Part shown: in pieces, positions 17,894 to 27,401 of the stretch
How the letters are laid out: each line of letters begins with the position of its first letter
How positions within the stretch are numbered: position 1 is the first letter of the stretch
DNA from: Rubripirellula sp.
GTDB lineage: Bacteria > Planctomycetota > Planctomycetia > Pirellulales > Pirellulaceae
Direction: 5' to 3'
DNA length: 64,000 nt
Assembly (NCBI GenBank): GCA_965216875.1
Contig: OZ244207.1
Coordinates: forward strand, 8,200,644 to 8,264,643
The notes under the pieces: model-generated
The model's database searches: none
What the model was told of the DNA's origin: nothing
The model's input: only the letters and a program-made list of their open reading frames with translations
Made by a program: the position numbers and the translations under genes

Positions 17894-19237
17894 CTATTTT
17901 GGATCTGCCTTTTCTTGTCCTGCCTTTTCAATGACGGTCAACGTCACTCGTTTTGTTTCCCCTTCAGCCACTCGAACCGTCTTGGTCGAGCCAACAATGG
18001 TGTCGCCGTAGATCGAGACCTTTACATCGACATCCGGCACGACCTCTTGAAACACATGCAATCCCGGATGCCGACGGGGGACGGTGTGCGCGGGCTGTGG
18101 TGCGACGGTTGACCGATTCGAGGGAGAAAGGGAGGCCGGATGCTTGACGTCGACCCCAATCCTTTCGTTGGCGTATGGTTTTCCATCGGCATGAACCAGT
18201 TGGACTTCGATCCGCCCTGCTTTGCGAAGTGTGACTTTGATTCCCGAGATGTCCTTGTTCGCCTTGCCAAGGACAATCGCCTCGGCGGGCAACGGCTTTT
18301 CGTTAGCCGTCTCTTGGTAATAGGCAATCTCGTCCCAAGAATGCCGAAGTGCGATGTCACGTATGTATCGCCCTTTGGGAAACTTGAATTCATAGACGCC
18401 AGGTTTTCCCTTCACTTCCTTGGCGATGATCGCGTTGACGTAGTCACCGATGTCGCCGATGGACAGGCGTTGCCCCGTCAACGGCTTGCCTGATCCGTCG
18501 ACCACATCAACGCGGATCTTGACCGTTTCGGGGGCGGTGATGGTCGCCGGTGGAAGTCCGCCACGATCGCTCAGGACGTATTCGACCGCATTGAAAGGAA
18601 AGGGCAACGATTCGAACGTCATTTTGCCATCGGTGGCGCTATGGAATGTCCGCACTGGACGAAGGAAGTATTTGCCTGGCGGGAGCGGACGAAACTCAAA
18701 CGCACCTGTCTCGTCGGTTCGGGCCCAAGTCATCGGAGTCCGTGCCGCTCCATTTGCTTGAACCATGATGTCGGTCACCGGCGTGCCATCCCGTTCAACG
18801 ACTCGCCCGCGAATGACGGGCGCCTCACGCAGTTGAATCACCGCTTGCTCGCCGCCCTTGCCGGTGACGGCGCGCGAGTTGTTTTCGTAGTCATCGGGCA
18901 GCCAAAAGATCCGTTGCGGAAACCACTTCTTGCTGACGATCTTGTACCGCCCTTGTTCGTCAGTTTTGGTGTAGTTGCCGTTCGTAAACCCTTCGCCCCA
19001 ACCGTGTTTATCGGTGGCGGTCATGACGACAATCCCGACGGCGGGTGAACCGTCGGGCAAAACGACCTTGCCCGTCACGAGCGGAGCGTTGGGATCAACT
19101 TTGGGCTTGGCCGCGCCCGCGTTCGTTGTTTGAGCGTAGGCCGAATCGAGAACGCACGACATGCCGAACAAAGAGGCGAACAATGCGACGCATGAAACAA
19201 AGCGTTTGGGAAGCTGCGAACCGCGGCCGGACATCAC
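17894..19237 (-). CDS. Secreted protein with carboxypeptidase-regulatory-like beta-sandwich repeats
   Basis: Signal peptide ending AYA-Q; repeats 'GKVVLPDGSPAVG...TKTDEQGRY' and 'GRVVERDGTPV...ARTDETGAFEF'. Confidence 0.7.
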   Translation of the reverse strand: MMSGRGSQLPKRFVSCVALFASLFGMSCVLDSAYAQTTNAGAAKPKVDPNAPLVTGKVVLPDGSPAVGIVVMTATDKHGWGEGFTNGNYTKTDEQGRYKIVSKKWFPQRIFWLPDDYENNSRAVTGKGGEQAVIQLREAPVIRGRVVERDGTPVTDIMVQANGAARTPMTWARTDETGAFEFRPLPPGKYFLRPVRTFHSATDGKMTFESLPFPFNAVEYVLSDRGGLPPATITAPETVKIRVDVVDGSGKPLTGQRLSIGDIGDYVNAIIAKEVKGKPGVYEFKFPKGRYIRDIALRHSWDEIAYYQETANEKPLPAEAIVLGKANKDISGIKVTLRKAGRIEVQLVHADGKPYANERIGVDVKHPASLSPSNRSTVAPQPAHTVPRRHPGLHVFQEVVPDVDVKVSIYGDTIVGSTKTVRVAEGETKRVTLTVIEKAGQEKADPK

Positions 19238-20004
19238 GGTGCCTTTTCTTCTGAAGATTCTGTGTTGTCGGAATTCTTCGCGTCGGAATCGGGGGCTGCC
19301 TTGGCGGCTTCATCAAGTGCAGCGACAACGTGCACGTGGTTCTTTTCAACGGCGAAGTCGCGTGCGGAATCTCCATCCTTCGTATCACGCAACGTCAGGT
19401 CCGCGCCAGCCTCGAGCAACAGTTTGACCACTTCGAGCTGGCCTTCACCAGCAGCGAACATGAGCGCGGTAAACCCATCGGCTGTGGTGTCGCGTTCATT
19501 GACGACGGCGCCCGAGTCCAACAATAGCTTGACGGTATCGGCAAACGGGCCGGTTGATGCAAACATGATCGCGGTGCGCCCGCTCATGTCCTTTAGTTGG
19601 ATGTCGGCGCCTGCCTTGAGCAAGCGTTTGACCACGGCGGTCTTGCCCTCGAAGGATGCCAAGTGCAAGGCCGTCCGTCCGTCGAGGTCGGCATCATTGA
19701 CGTCGGCACCGGAGGCGATCACCGACTCGACAATCTCAAGTTTGCCCTGCATGGCCGCGTTGCGGAAAGCGCCCATGCTGTACGTTCGGACCGGCTTTTC
19801 TGAGGCTTTCGTTTCGTCCTCTGCAGCGGTTTGCTTGTCCGCTTCCGTGTCGGAGGACGAGTCATCGCCCGATTCGGTCGCGGATGGTTTGCTAGCCAGC
19901 GAGTCGTCGGAAGAGGAGCTGCATCCAGCGTGCGCCATGATGACGCACAGGCAAGTCAAAATAGGAAGGATGCGTAGTGGAGTTTTGCGATTCAGAGTGT
20001 TCAT
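19234..20004 (-). CDS. Ankyrin-repeat lipoprotein
   Basis: Lipobox 'HAGC'; 'GRTALHLAS', 'GRTAIMFAS', 'GFTALMFAA' ankyrin repeats. Confidence 0.9.
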   Translation of the reverse strand: MNTLNRKTPLRILPILTCLCVIMAHAGCSSSSDDSLASKPSATESGDDSSSDTEADKQTAAEDETKASEKPVRTYSMGAFRNAAMQGKLEIVESVIASGADVNDADLDGRTALHLASFEGKTAVVKRLLKAGADIQLKDMSGRTAIMFASTGPFADTVKLLLDSGAVVNERDTTADGFTALMFAAGEGQLEVVKLLLEAGADLTLRDTKDGDSARDFAVEKNHVHVVAALDEAAKAAPDSDAKNSDNTESSEEKAP

Positions 20005-20121
20005 CCCGGTAGTTTACTTGATTCCAGGAGGGGTCGCGACGGAGCGACACTTGGCTGAGCCCCCGCTCCAGAGGTTGCTGGGCTTTTATGAGACGTCGCG
20101 ACTTTGGTATTTGGTAGCCTC

Positions 20122-21378
20122 ATGAATGTGATTGCAATCGATACGAACGAGCCACAGACGTCACCGGCTAAACCGCTGGCCGGTCTCGACGCCGTTCGCG
20201 TCTGCGCTGCCTTCGCCGTCGTGATGCTTCATGCGACCGTGCCCTATCTGCAACATCGGATGCCAGGCCTCGCGTGGTCGACTCACGATGCGCCGAGTCC
20301 CTTGGTCGACGTGATCTCATGGACCATCGAGCTTTTTGTGATGCCTTTGTTCCTCGTGATCGCTGGCATCTTGGCATGGCGTACGCTCTCTCGTCGTGGC
20401 GCATCCGCACTAGTCACGAGCCGCGCCAAACGCCTTCTGGTTCCATTCCTTTTCGGATGCGTTGTGATCCTACCGCTTGACCTTCATGTTTGGGTCTTGG
20501 GCTGGGTGCTCGACGGAGAGGTGCCATTGGTGAAGCTTCGCAGCTTCAAGTTTGATCCGAGTGTTGACAAGCACCTTTGGGGAACGAGCCACCTTTGGTT
20601 CTTGCAGTACTTGTTTCTGTATGTCGCCGCATTGGCTGGATGTGCGTTGATCGGCTGTGAACGGATTGCACGAAAAATCTCTTGGCCGGTGAGACGCCCC
20701 GTGATCGGATGGTTGATGCTGCTTGCGGCAACCGCAATCGTAACCGCTTCGGTGTCACCTGAAGTGGTTTGGGGATTTCAGCATTCCTTCTTGCCCGTTC
20801 CGAGCAAGTTCATCTATTCGGCGACCTTCTTTGCATTGGGCGTCTTGATCGCGGTAAACGACCCGGAATTGAATTGGCTGCGTGTCAACGCGCACCGGTT
20901 AACTTGGTTCGCCGTGCCAGCCACCTTCGTCGCGGTCACCGCGGGACGGGCTTACCTTGGCGGTGTGCAGTGGGCGTCCAATGAAATGGTCGGATTGGCC
21001 ACCGTCACGGGCGCTGTCGCCGCCACGCTTGCGACCATCTCGCTGGCGCTTCGGCATGTCGAGCGGCTACCGCTCACGTTTCAATACTTGGCGGCCGCTT
21101 CGTTTTGGGTCTACCTGATTCATCACCCCTTTGTCGGCCTGATCCACATCGATCTCAAGCTGCTGTTGCCTGAGACGCCACCGGAACTCAAGTTCGTGCT
21201 GACGATGCTGATTGCTTCGGTCTTTTCAGTCGCCACCTACGAAGCCTTCGTGCGCAAGAGCTGGCTCGGCCGATTTCTCGGCATGAATTGGCAATTTCCG
21301 CGGGAGTGCGAGCGGGAACCGGGCAATCAAAAAGAGCGGGAAAAAGCGTGTGAAACGGGCGAGAACGTGGCTGCGTAG
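20122..21378 (+). CDS. Acyltransferase family 3 (OpgC/MdoC-like) membrane protein
   Basis: 'LDAVR...VVMLH', 'MPLFLVIAG', 'RAKRLLVP', 'HLWFL', 'SFWVYLIH'. Confidence 0.85.
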   Translation: MNVIAIDTNEPQTSPAKPLAGLDAVRVCAAFAVVMLHATVPYLQHRMPGLAWSTHDAPSPLVDVISWTIELFVMPLFLVIAGILAWRTLSRRGASALVTSRAKRLLVPFLFGCVVILPLDLHVWVLGWVLDGEVPLVKLRSFKFDPSVDKHLWGTSHLWFLQYLFLYVAALAGCALIGCERIARKISWPVRRPVIGWLMLLAATAIVTASVSPEVVWGFQHSFLPVPSKFIYSATFFALGVLIAVNDPELNWLRVNAHRLTWFAVPATFVAVTAGRAYLGGVQWASNEMVGLATVTGAVAATLATISLALRHVERLPLTFQYLAAASFWVYLIHHPFVGLIHIDLKLLLPETPPELKFVLTMLIASVFSVATYEAFVRKSWLGRFLGMNWQFPRECEREPGNQKEREKACETGENVAA

Positions 21379-21532
21379 CCACGCAGGCGAACTCGGACGG
21401 TTTGTCGACCCGCCAAATCGTGGGTATTTTAATAGTCCCGCCTGCATTCATTAGAGGATGCCCCATCCCTATTGGCTTACCGCGTGCACTCGCTCCACCT
21501 TGCACGTTTTTCGATTCGCCGTTTGAGCTTCC

Positions 21533-22837
21533 ATGACCGCTTCGAAACCCGTCAACGAAGGCAACCGGAAAGGTGCCAGCCGTCGCAACTTCATCAAAGG
21601 AAGTGGCATGATGTTGGCCGGGGGCGCGATGGCAAGCAACCTCCCGGTGGCGCGAGCCGCACACGCATTCGGAAGTGATGTCATTCGCATTGGTTTGGTC
21701 GGATGCGGCCAGCGCGGAACGGCTGCCGCATCCGAAGCGTTGTCGACCGCTGGTGGTGAGGTCCACTTGGTGGCCATGGCCGACGCGTTCAACAATCAGA
21801 TTCATTCGTCGTTTCGATCGCTGAAAGGCCGGCATCGCGATCGCGTTCGTGTTGATCAGAATCGGTTCGTCGGTATCGACGCCTACAAGCAGGTGATGTC
21901 GGCCGATGTTGACTTGGTGATCCTCGCAACGCCACCGGCGTTTCGCCCCATGCAATTCGAAGCTGCGGTCAACGCTGGCAAACACGTCTTCATGGAAAAG
22001 CCAGTCGCCGTTGATGCTGCTGGCGTGCAACGAGTCCTCGCTGCGGGAAAGGTGGCCCAAGAGAATTCGCTTACGGTTCAGGTCGGCCTGCAACGACGTC
22101 ACCAGATTCGCTATCAGGAGTGCATCGAGCAGTTGCAAGGCGATGCGATTGGCAAGCTGATCTTTGGACGCGCCTACTGGAACGGAAGCGCGAACAAGGC
22201 ACTGCCAGGACGCAAAGGTGAATCGATCTTGGCGTCCCAGCTGCGAAATTGGCATCAACACGCTTGGCTCGGTGGCGACCAGATTGATGAACGCCACATT
22301 CACAATCTTGATGTTTTCAATTGGCTGCTGCGATCACACCCGATCGAAGCGAACGGCCAGGGTGGACGCAATCCAGAGAGCCATCATTGGAAACGGACGC
22401 TCGGTCGAGTGCCGACCGCGGGCCAAGGCGAAGTGTTCGATCACCACATGGTCGAATTCACCTATCCGGGTGGCTTCAAGCTTTTTAGCCAGTGTCGTCA
22501 AATCCAAGGTTGCTGGAACCACATCGGCGAACACGTTCACGGCGCATCGGGATCATGTGACATTAGCCGAGCCACCATTACCGGGGCCGATGGCAAACGC
22601 CGTTGGAAGTCGTCAAGCCAGGAAATCAAAGGCAAGGGTTGGCAACAAGAGCAGCATGATTTGTTTGCCGCGCTCCGCAGTGGAGAGGTGGTGAACGAAG
22701 TCGAGTATGCTGCGACGAGTACGATGACCGCGATTCTAGGGCGGAATGCAACCTACAGCGGACAAGTCGTTCGTTGGGACGAGGCGGCTACCGACATGAC
22801 GCCCGCAGTCGATGTGGAATCGTTGACGCTCTCGTAG
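21533..22837 (+). CDS. Tat-exported Gfo/Idh/MocA oxidoreductase
   Basis: 'SRRNFIK' Tat motif, 'IGLVGCGQRG', 'HVFMEKP', 'HIHNLD'. Confidence 0.9.
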   Translation: MTASKPVNEGNRKGASRRNFIKGSGMMLAGGAMASNLPVARAAHAFGSDVIRIGLVGCGQRGTAAASEALSTAGGEVHLVAMADAFNNQIHSSFRSLKGRHRDRVRVDQNRFVGIDAYKQVMSADVDLVILATPPAFRPMQFEAAVNAGKHVFMEKPVAVDAAGVQRVLAAGKVAQENSLTVQVGLQRRHQIRYQECIEQLQGDAIGKLIFGRAYWNGSANKALPGRKGESILASQLRNWHQHAWLGGDQIDERHIHNLDVFNWLLRSHPIEANGQGGRNPESHHWKRTLGRVPTAGQGEVFDHHMVEFTYPGGFKLFSQCRQIQGCWNHIGEHVHGASGSCDISRATITGADGKRRWKSSSQEIKGKGWQQEQHDLFAALRSGEVVNEVEYAATSTMTAILGRNATYSGQVVRWDEAATDMTPAVDVESLTLS

Positions 22838-23048
22838 GTCATGCTCTGCATGACACCTGCCATCCGCAGCTTCACTTGTGGGCCGAACGCGCTAGCGGCC
22901 GGGCCTTGCACTCTTTCGCGCATCTCGAGTGGCCCGAGGCTAGCGCCTACGGCTCACGGGCGATTCCTTGTGAGCCGAACGCGCTAGCGTCGGGCCTTGC
23001 ACTCTCTTGCGCATCTCGAAAGGCCCGGCGCCATCGCGTACGGCTCAT
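22834..23048. repeat. REP D (22834-22854) followed by two tandem family-C REPINs (22878-22957, 22970-23048)
   Basis: GTG(A/G)GCCGAACGCGCTAGCG..GGGCC, a ~25-nt spacer, then the inverted copy GGCCCG...ACGGCTCA(C); period 92 bp; between convergent genes. Confidence 0.85.
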
Positions 23049-23061
23049 GGGCATTGAGCAC

Positions 23062-23829
23062 CTAGAGCGTTTGGCCGCCGTCGACGCTTAGCAGTTGGCC
23101 GGTCGCCATCGTTGTGCCGAGAGCAAAGAACAAAACAGCATCGGCGATGTCAGCCGGTTCCGACGCACGTGGCAACGGGTAGTTGGCCACCATTTCGTTG
23201 ATGTCCCAGTCGGGGTTTCCCTGTTTGATCCAGCGGCTGTTGATGGGGCCAGGCAATACCGCGTTGACCCGTACTTCGGGGGCGAGCACGCGGGCCAGTG
23301 ATTTCGTCATCGTGTTCAAGCCCGCTTTTGAAGCGCAGTAGGCGATCGACGAACCTGACCCCGTCTCACCCGCGACTGAGCTGACGTTCACAACGCTCCC
23401 CTTTCCACCAGCAGCTCTCAAGAGGTCGGCGGCAGCGCGTGTGACAAAGAAGGCTCCCTTCAAGTTGACCGCCAACATGCGATCCCACATTTCTTCGGTC
23501 AAACCTTCCAGGTCCTGGTGTTCGACAAAGGAGGTCGTGGCAGCGTTATTGACCAAAACATCGAGCCGCCCGAAGCGATCGGCGGTCGCTGCAATCATCG
23601 ATCGCGCGTCTTGGTCGGAAGAGACGTCGCATTGATAAAGCAAGACTTCTGCACCCGCTGCTTCGGCGTCCGCTACAGTCGCCTTGGCGTCTTCTTCACT
23701 GCGCGAATAGTTGACGACAACGTTGTAGCCTTGCTTTGCGAGCTGAAGCACACAGGCACGACCAACACCGGTTGCCGAACCCGTCACGAGTGCGACGGGT
23801 TTGGTAGAAGTCGATCCGTTATCCGGCAT
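23062..23829 (-). CDS. Short-chain dehydrogenase/reductase (SDR)
   Basis: 'TGSATGVG', 'NNAA', 'YCASK', 'VDGG'. Confidence 0.93.
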   Translation of the reverse strand: MPDNGSTSTKPVALVTGSATGVGRACVLQLAKQGYNVVVNYSRSEEDAKATVADAEAAGAEVLLYQCDVSSDQDARSMIAATADRFGRLDVLVNNAATTSFVEHQDLEGLTEEMWDRMLAVNLKGAFFVTRAAADLLRAAGGKGSVVNVSSVAGETGSGSSIAYCASKAGLNTMTKSLARVLAPEVRVNAVLPGPINSRWIKQGNPDWDINEMVANYPLPRASEPADIADAVLFFALGTTMATGQLLSVDGGQTL

Positions 23830-25556
23830 TACTTGTGAGCCTTTGTCTTGTTGGCGTTGTTTTTCTTTTTGGCATTGGGGTTGAGCGGCAAGACGTTAGC
23901 ACGTTCTGCGTAGGCCTGCCACATGTCAGCAAGCTTTTTCGTCCGCTCCGGTTCGGAACCCGCCAGATCGTTTTGCTCGCTACGATCTTTGGCAATGTTG
24001 TAGAGTTCCCATTTACCTCGGGCTCCTTTGGCAACCAATTTGTAGTTGCCGGCGCGAACCGCACGGTTCCCTTCGTGTTCCCAGTAGATCGCCTCGCGGT
24101 CGATTGCCTTTCCTTCAAAGACAGGCATAAGGCTCGTGCCTTCCATTGGTTTGATCGCTTGCCCGTCATGGAAAGTCTTTGGGTATTCGGCCGAACCAAC
24201 ATCAACCGCTGTGGCCATCAAGTCGATAAGATGGCTTGGTGTTGATTCAAGTTCACCATGACGGGTGACTTTGTCTGGCCAATGGACGATCAGTGGCGTT
24301 GAAATACCACCTTCGTGTGTCCAGTGTTTGTATTCGCGAAACGGCGTGTTTGATACGGTCGCCCAGCCGCGGCCGTAGCCGATCGCGGTGTCAGGTCCGC
24401 CTGCCATCGATCCCTTGCCAGTTCGCATGGGATACCCATCACGCGATTGCTTGGGCGTCATGTCGGGTTGAAGGTAGTCGGCTGGTAGGGGATCAAGTGT
24501 TGGAGCGGCAGCGCGCGGCTTGCCTTCTCCGCCTCGTCCGTAACCTTCGGCACAGCCACCATTGTCTTGGAAGAAACAAATCAAAGTGTTTTCGAACTGG
24601 CCCGTGTCTTTGAGGGATTCAACGATGCGTCCAATTCCCTGGTCCATGCTGTCGACCATCGCAGCGTACACTTCCATGTTCCGCTTGTCCCATTCCCAGT
24701 GCTTGGTCTCTTTCCACTCTGGTTTGATTGGCCAATTGACCGTGGTCTTGGGATCGATCACGCCGAGTTCAACCATGCGTTTGTAGCGTGCATCGCGAAT
24801 CGCATCGTAGCCGGCGTCGTATTTGCCTTCGTATTTCTTGATGTCCTTTTCCAACGCATGCATGGGCCAGTGAGCAGCGGTGAAGCTGACGTACATAAAG
24901 AACGGTTTGTCGTCTGATTCGTAGTGGTGCTCGGTGATGTAGCGAACGGCGTGATCCGCGATTGCGTCCGTGTAATAGAATTCGCCGTTGGCCATCTTCT
25001 CGGCCGGATACTCTTCGTCGGTCAATGGCGACACGTATTCGTTTTCTCGGGTCAACGTGTTGGGGTCAAAGAAGCTCCCGGCGCCGTGGATCGTTCCGTA
25101 GAAACGGTCGAAGCCCCGCTGCCGAGGCCAGTTATGTTTGTCGGCATCGCTTTGTGGCTTGATCACTTTGGTCACATGCCACTTGCCAGCCATGTACGTT
25201 CGATAGCCAGCGGTGCGCAGGACCTCGGCGATCGTGACACAGTTCCGATTGAGGTCACCGCGGTAACCGTCGTGCCCTCGGTCGTTCATCATGTGACCAA
25301 TTCCCGCTTGATGCGGGTAAAGGCCTGTCAACAAACTTGCTCGCGTTGGGCAGCAGCGCGCCGTGTTGTAGAACTGAGTGAAGCGAAGTCCCGAAGCGGC
25401 GAGCAGGTCGAGATTGGGGGTTTCGATTTCGCTACCGTAACAGCCGATGTCGGAATACCCCATGTCATCCGACATGATGTAGATGATGTTGGGGCGATCT
25501 TGGGCGAAGGCGGTGCAAGCGAAACAAGCGAGCAGAAGTGTGGTGGCAATACGCAT
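23829..25556 (-). CDS. Arylsulfatase (Cys-type, formylglycine-dependent)
   Basis: Signal peptide, 'PNIIYIMSDDMG', 'CCPTRASLLTG', 'GKWH', 'DNG'. Confidence 0.95.
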   Translation of the reverse strand: MRIATTLLLACFACTAFAQDRPNIIYIMSDDMGYSDIGCYGSEIETPNLDLLAASGLRFTQFYNTARCCPTRASLLTGLYPHQAGIGHMMNDRGHDGYRGDLNRNCVTIAEVLRTAGYRTYMAGKWHVTKVIKPQSDADKHNWPRQRGFDRFYGTIHGAGSFFDPNTLTRENEYVSPLTDEEYPAEKMANGEFYYTDAIADHAVRYITEHHYESDDKPFFMYVSFTAAHWPMHALEKDIKKYEGKYDAGYDAIRDARYKRMVELGVIDPKTTVNWPIKPEWKETKHWEWDKRNMEVYAAMVDSMDQGIGRIVESLKDTGQFENTLICFFQDNGGCAEGYGRGGEGKPRAAAPTLDPLPADYLQPDMTPKQSRDGYPMRTGKGSMAGGPDTAIGYGRGWATVSNTPFREYKHWTHEGGISTPLIVHWPDKVTRHGELESTPSHLIDLMATAVDVGSAEYPKTFHDGQAIKPMEGTSLMPVFEGKAIDREAIYWEHEGNRAVRAGNYKLVAKGARGKWELYNIAKDRSEQNDLAGSEPERTKKLADMWQAYAERANVLPLNPNAKKKNNANKTKAHK

Positions 25557-25790
25557 TTGCAAACGCTAGAGCGGGGTGAGGTGGAGGGGAAAGAGGGCAG
25601 TCTATCCCAAACCCCACGTGTTCGCTTCCCTTTCGCGGATGAAACGACGCGTTTGCCGCTCGCGCTCGAATGAATTCACTCCATTCACAAGCGACTTGAG
25701 ATTTGCACCATCGCCTTGAGATTCTTGACGCCGATGCCCCCGATGCCGATGACCCCGACGCAAAATCCTGCTCGACATCCGGCGTCCGCG

Positions 25791-26102
25791 CTACTCCAGC
25801 AAGTCGGTCTCGGCCGTTTCAACAACTTCGCTCATCAAACCAGCAGAAACCTCCGTCGCTTCCACCACGTTTTCTTGCTGGTCTTGGTTCGGCAGCCAAC
25901 CGTTCTTCTTGGCGATCCGTTTCATTTCTTCCGTGCGTTCCTTGGCGTACTGCGACTGGATCAGCATGCGGTCGATGTCTTCTTGGCTGGTTCGAAATGG
26001 TGCGTATTCTTCTTCGGTCGCAACGATCTCCGGCTCCGGCGGTCGTTCGCATCCAACAAAGAACAACGCCCCCATTACAAACATCCATCCAAACCGTGTC
26101 AT
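25791..26102 (-). CDS. Small hypothetical lipoprotein
   Basis: MTRFGWMFVMGALFFVGC has a hydrophobic stretch and lipobox; fills the gap between flanking minus-strand genes. Confidence 0.55.
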   Translation of the reverse strand: MTRFGWMFVMGALFFVGCERPPEPEIVATEEEYAPFRTSQEDIDRMLIQSQYAKERTEEMKRIAKKNGWLPNQDQQENVVEATEVSAGLMSEVVETAETDLLE

Positions 26103-26209
26103 GAAAGGTCTCACTTAGTTGTAGGCTCCGCCCCGGATACAAATCTGATCAAACGTCAGTCACATGAAAAGTGAACATATGCAAGCTAGCACCTGAACAA
26201 ACGATCGCT

Positions 26210-26623
26210 CTACGACGACATTCTGCGAAGTCGGTGCAGTTCGCCGCGATTGGGTTTGGCAAGTCGATTGCTCTTTAAAAACAGGAGAAAGCGATAGGCA
26301 TCAATGGGGTGTCGGCGATGGGTTGTTGGCCATTCGTTAGTGGCAAAATACCGGAACGTTTCTAACCCTTGGTCGCCAAGAGCGGCTGTGCTTTCTGGTG
26401 CCAATTCACACACTTCATGCCATCGTTTCACGAGCAGTGTTTCGGCTTGCTCTTCAAGTTGTGCGTGATCGATTGCAAGAAATGCCGGAATTGAATTCGT
26501 GTCGACACGCAAATGTTTGGCAACGAATTCTGGGGATTCAGCAAATTCGTCTCTTAGAGTCTGGCTTGAAAGCAGTCGTGCAAGTGCTGTCACAAAGTCG
26601 ATTGGCGCCTCGGAATCATCCAC
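26210..26623 (-). CDS. Putative MNIO partner protein (small helical protein downstream of DUF692)
   Basis: 8-nt overlap with the DUF692 stop; 'LEEQAETLLVKRWHEVCELAPES...F..FA...P......DAYRF' pattern resembles proteins encoded after DUF692 genes (from recall). Confidence 0.6.
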   Translation of the reverse strand: MDDSEAPIDFVTALARLLSSQTLRDEFAESPEFVAKHLRVDTNSIPAFLAIDHAQLEEQAETLLVKRWHEVCELAPESTAALGDQGLETFRYFATNEWPTTHRRHPIDAYRFLLFLKSNRLAKPNRGELHRLRRMSS

Positions 26624-27401
26624 GCAGATTCTCCAGGGCCTTCAAGTCTGCTTCGATTTCGTCCAACGCATCCAGTCGCAGGTCTCGTTCAAGCGTCACG
26701 GCTTCAACGCCACTGTATTGGATGACTTCAGCGACCAATTCCAGCAGGTCGTCCTGGATGCGGGCCGAATGATGATCGTGGTAGCGTCCGTTGCGAATGC
26801 TGTAACCGACGACGTGCAATTGTCTGATGCTTTTGCGGTCAACCTCGTGAAGCCATGCGATCGGATCATAGCCATGGTTCTTGGCGTTGATAAAGAGGTT
26901 GGTGACATCGAGCAACAGGCCGCAACCCGCACGATCGCACAGTCGATTGAGGTACTCGGTTTCACTGAAGTCGCCGGCCAACTCGAGCGAGGTTGTGATG
27001 TTTTCAAGAATGATCGGTTTTTCACACCGTTGGGCAACTTCCACTGCGTGGTCGACCAGAACAGAAAGTGATGATTCGTCGCGTTGCACGGGATTCAGGT
27101 GGCCCAAATCGACTTCGTGAGAGCGCGTGAACGCGACGTGTTCGCTAACCCAATCGGCATCTGCAGTCTTGGCCACGTGTGTGAACTTTTCGAGCGTTTG
27201 TTCGCAAAGCGGCCCCGGAGTTCCAAGGGAAAGACCGAGTCCGTGCACAAAGATCGGGAATTGCTGTGTCAATTCACGTAGCGTTTCGTCATGTCCGTCG
27301 AAGAAATGTTCCGCGGTCACCTCGAGGCTTCGCACCAAATCGGCGCTGTCGAGGATCCACTCGTGCAATGCTGGTCGGTAACCGACACCTAGCTGCCGCA
27401 T
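26616..27401 (-). CDS. DUF692 family multinuclear non-heme iron-dependent oxidative enzyme (MNIO)
   Basis: 'LGVGYR', 'EVTAEHF', 'HGLGLSLG', 'SEHVAF', 'ILENI', 'LLLDVTNLFINAKN', 'LHVVG', 'DHH', 'LERD'. Start moved to ATG 27401. Confidence 0.93.
   Translation of the reverse strand: MRQLGVGYRPALHEWILDSADLVRSLEVTAEHFFDGHDETLRELTQQFPIFVHGLGLSLGTPGPLCEQTLEKFTHVAKTADADWVSEHVAFTRSHEVDLGHLNPVQRDESSLSVLVDHAVEVAQRCEKPIILENITTSLELAGDFSETEYLNRLCDRAGCGLLLDVTNLFINAKNHGYDPIAWLHEVDRKSIRQLHVVGYSIRNGRYHDHHSARIQDDLLELVAEVIQYSGVEAVTLERDLRLDALDEIEADLKALENLRG

Noticed and set aside
19262..20125. 287-aa Ser/Ala-rich plus-strand ORF
   Set aside because: Antisense to the ankyrin lipoprotein gene.
21188..22303. 371-aa minus-strand ORF
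   Set aside because: Antisense to the well-supported Gfo/Idh/MocA and acyltransferase genes.
25791..26102. Small lipoprotein as the MNIO precursor peptide
   Set aside because: Its only Cys is the lipobox Cys and it is separated by a ~107-nt gap; the overlapping Cys-tail protein is a much better candidate.
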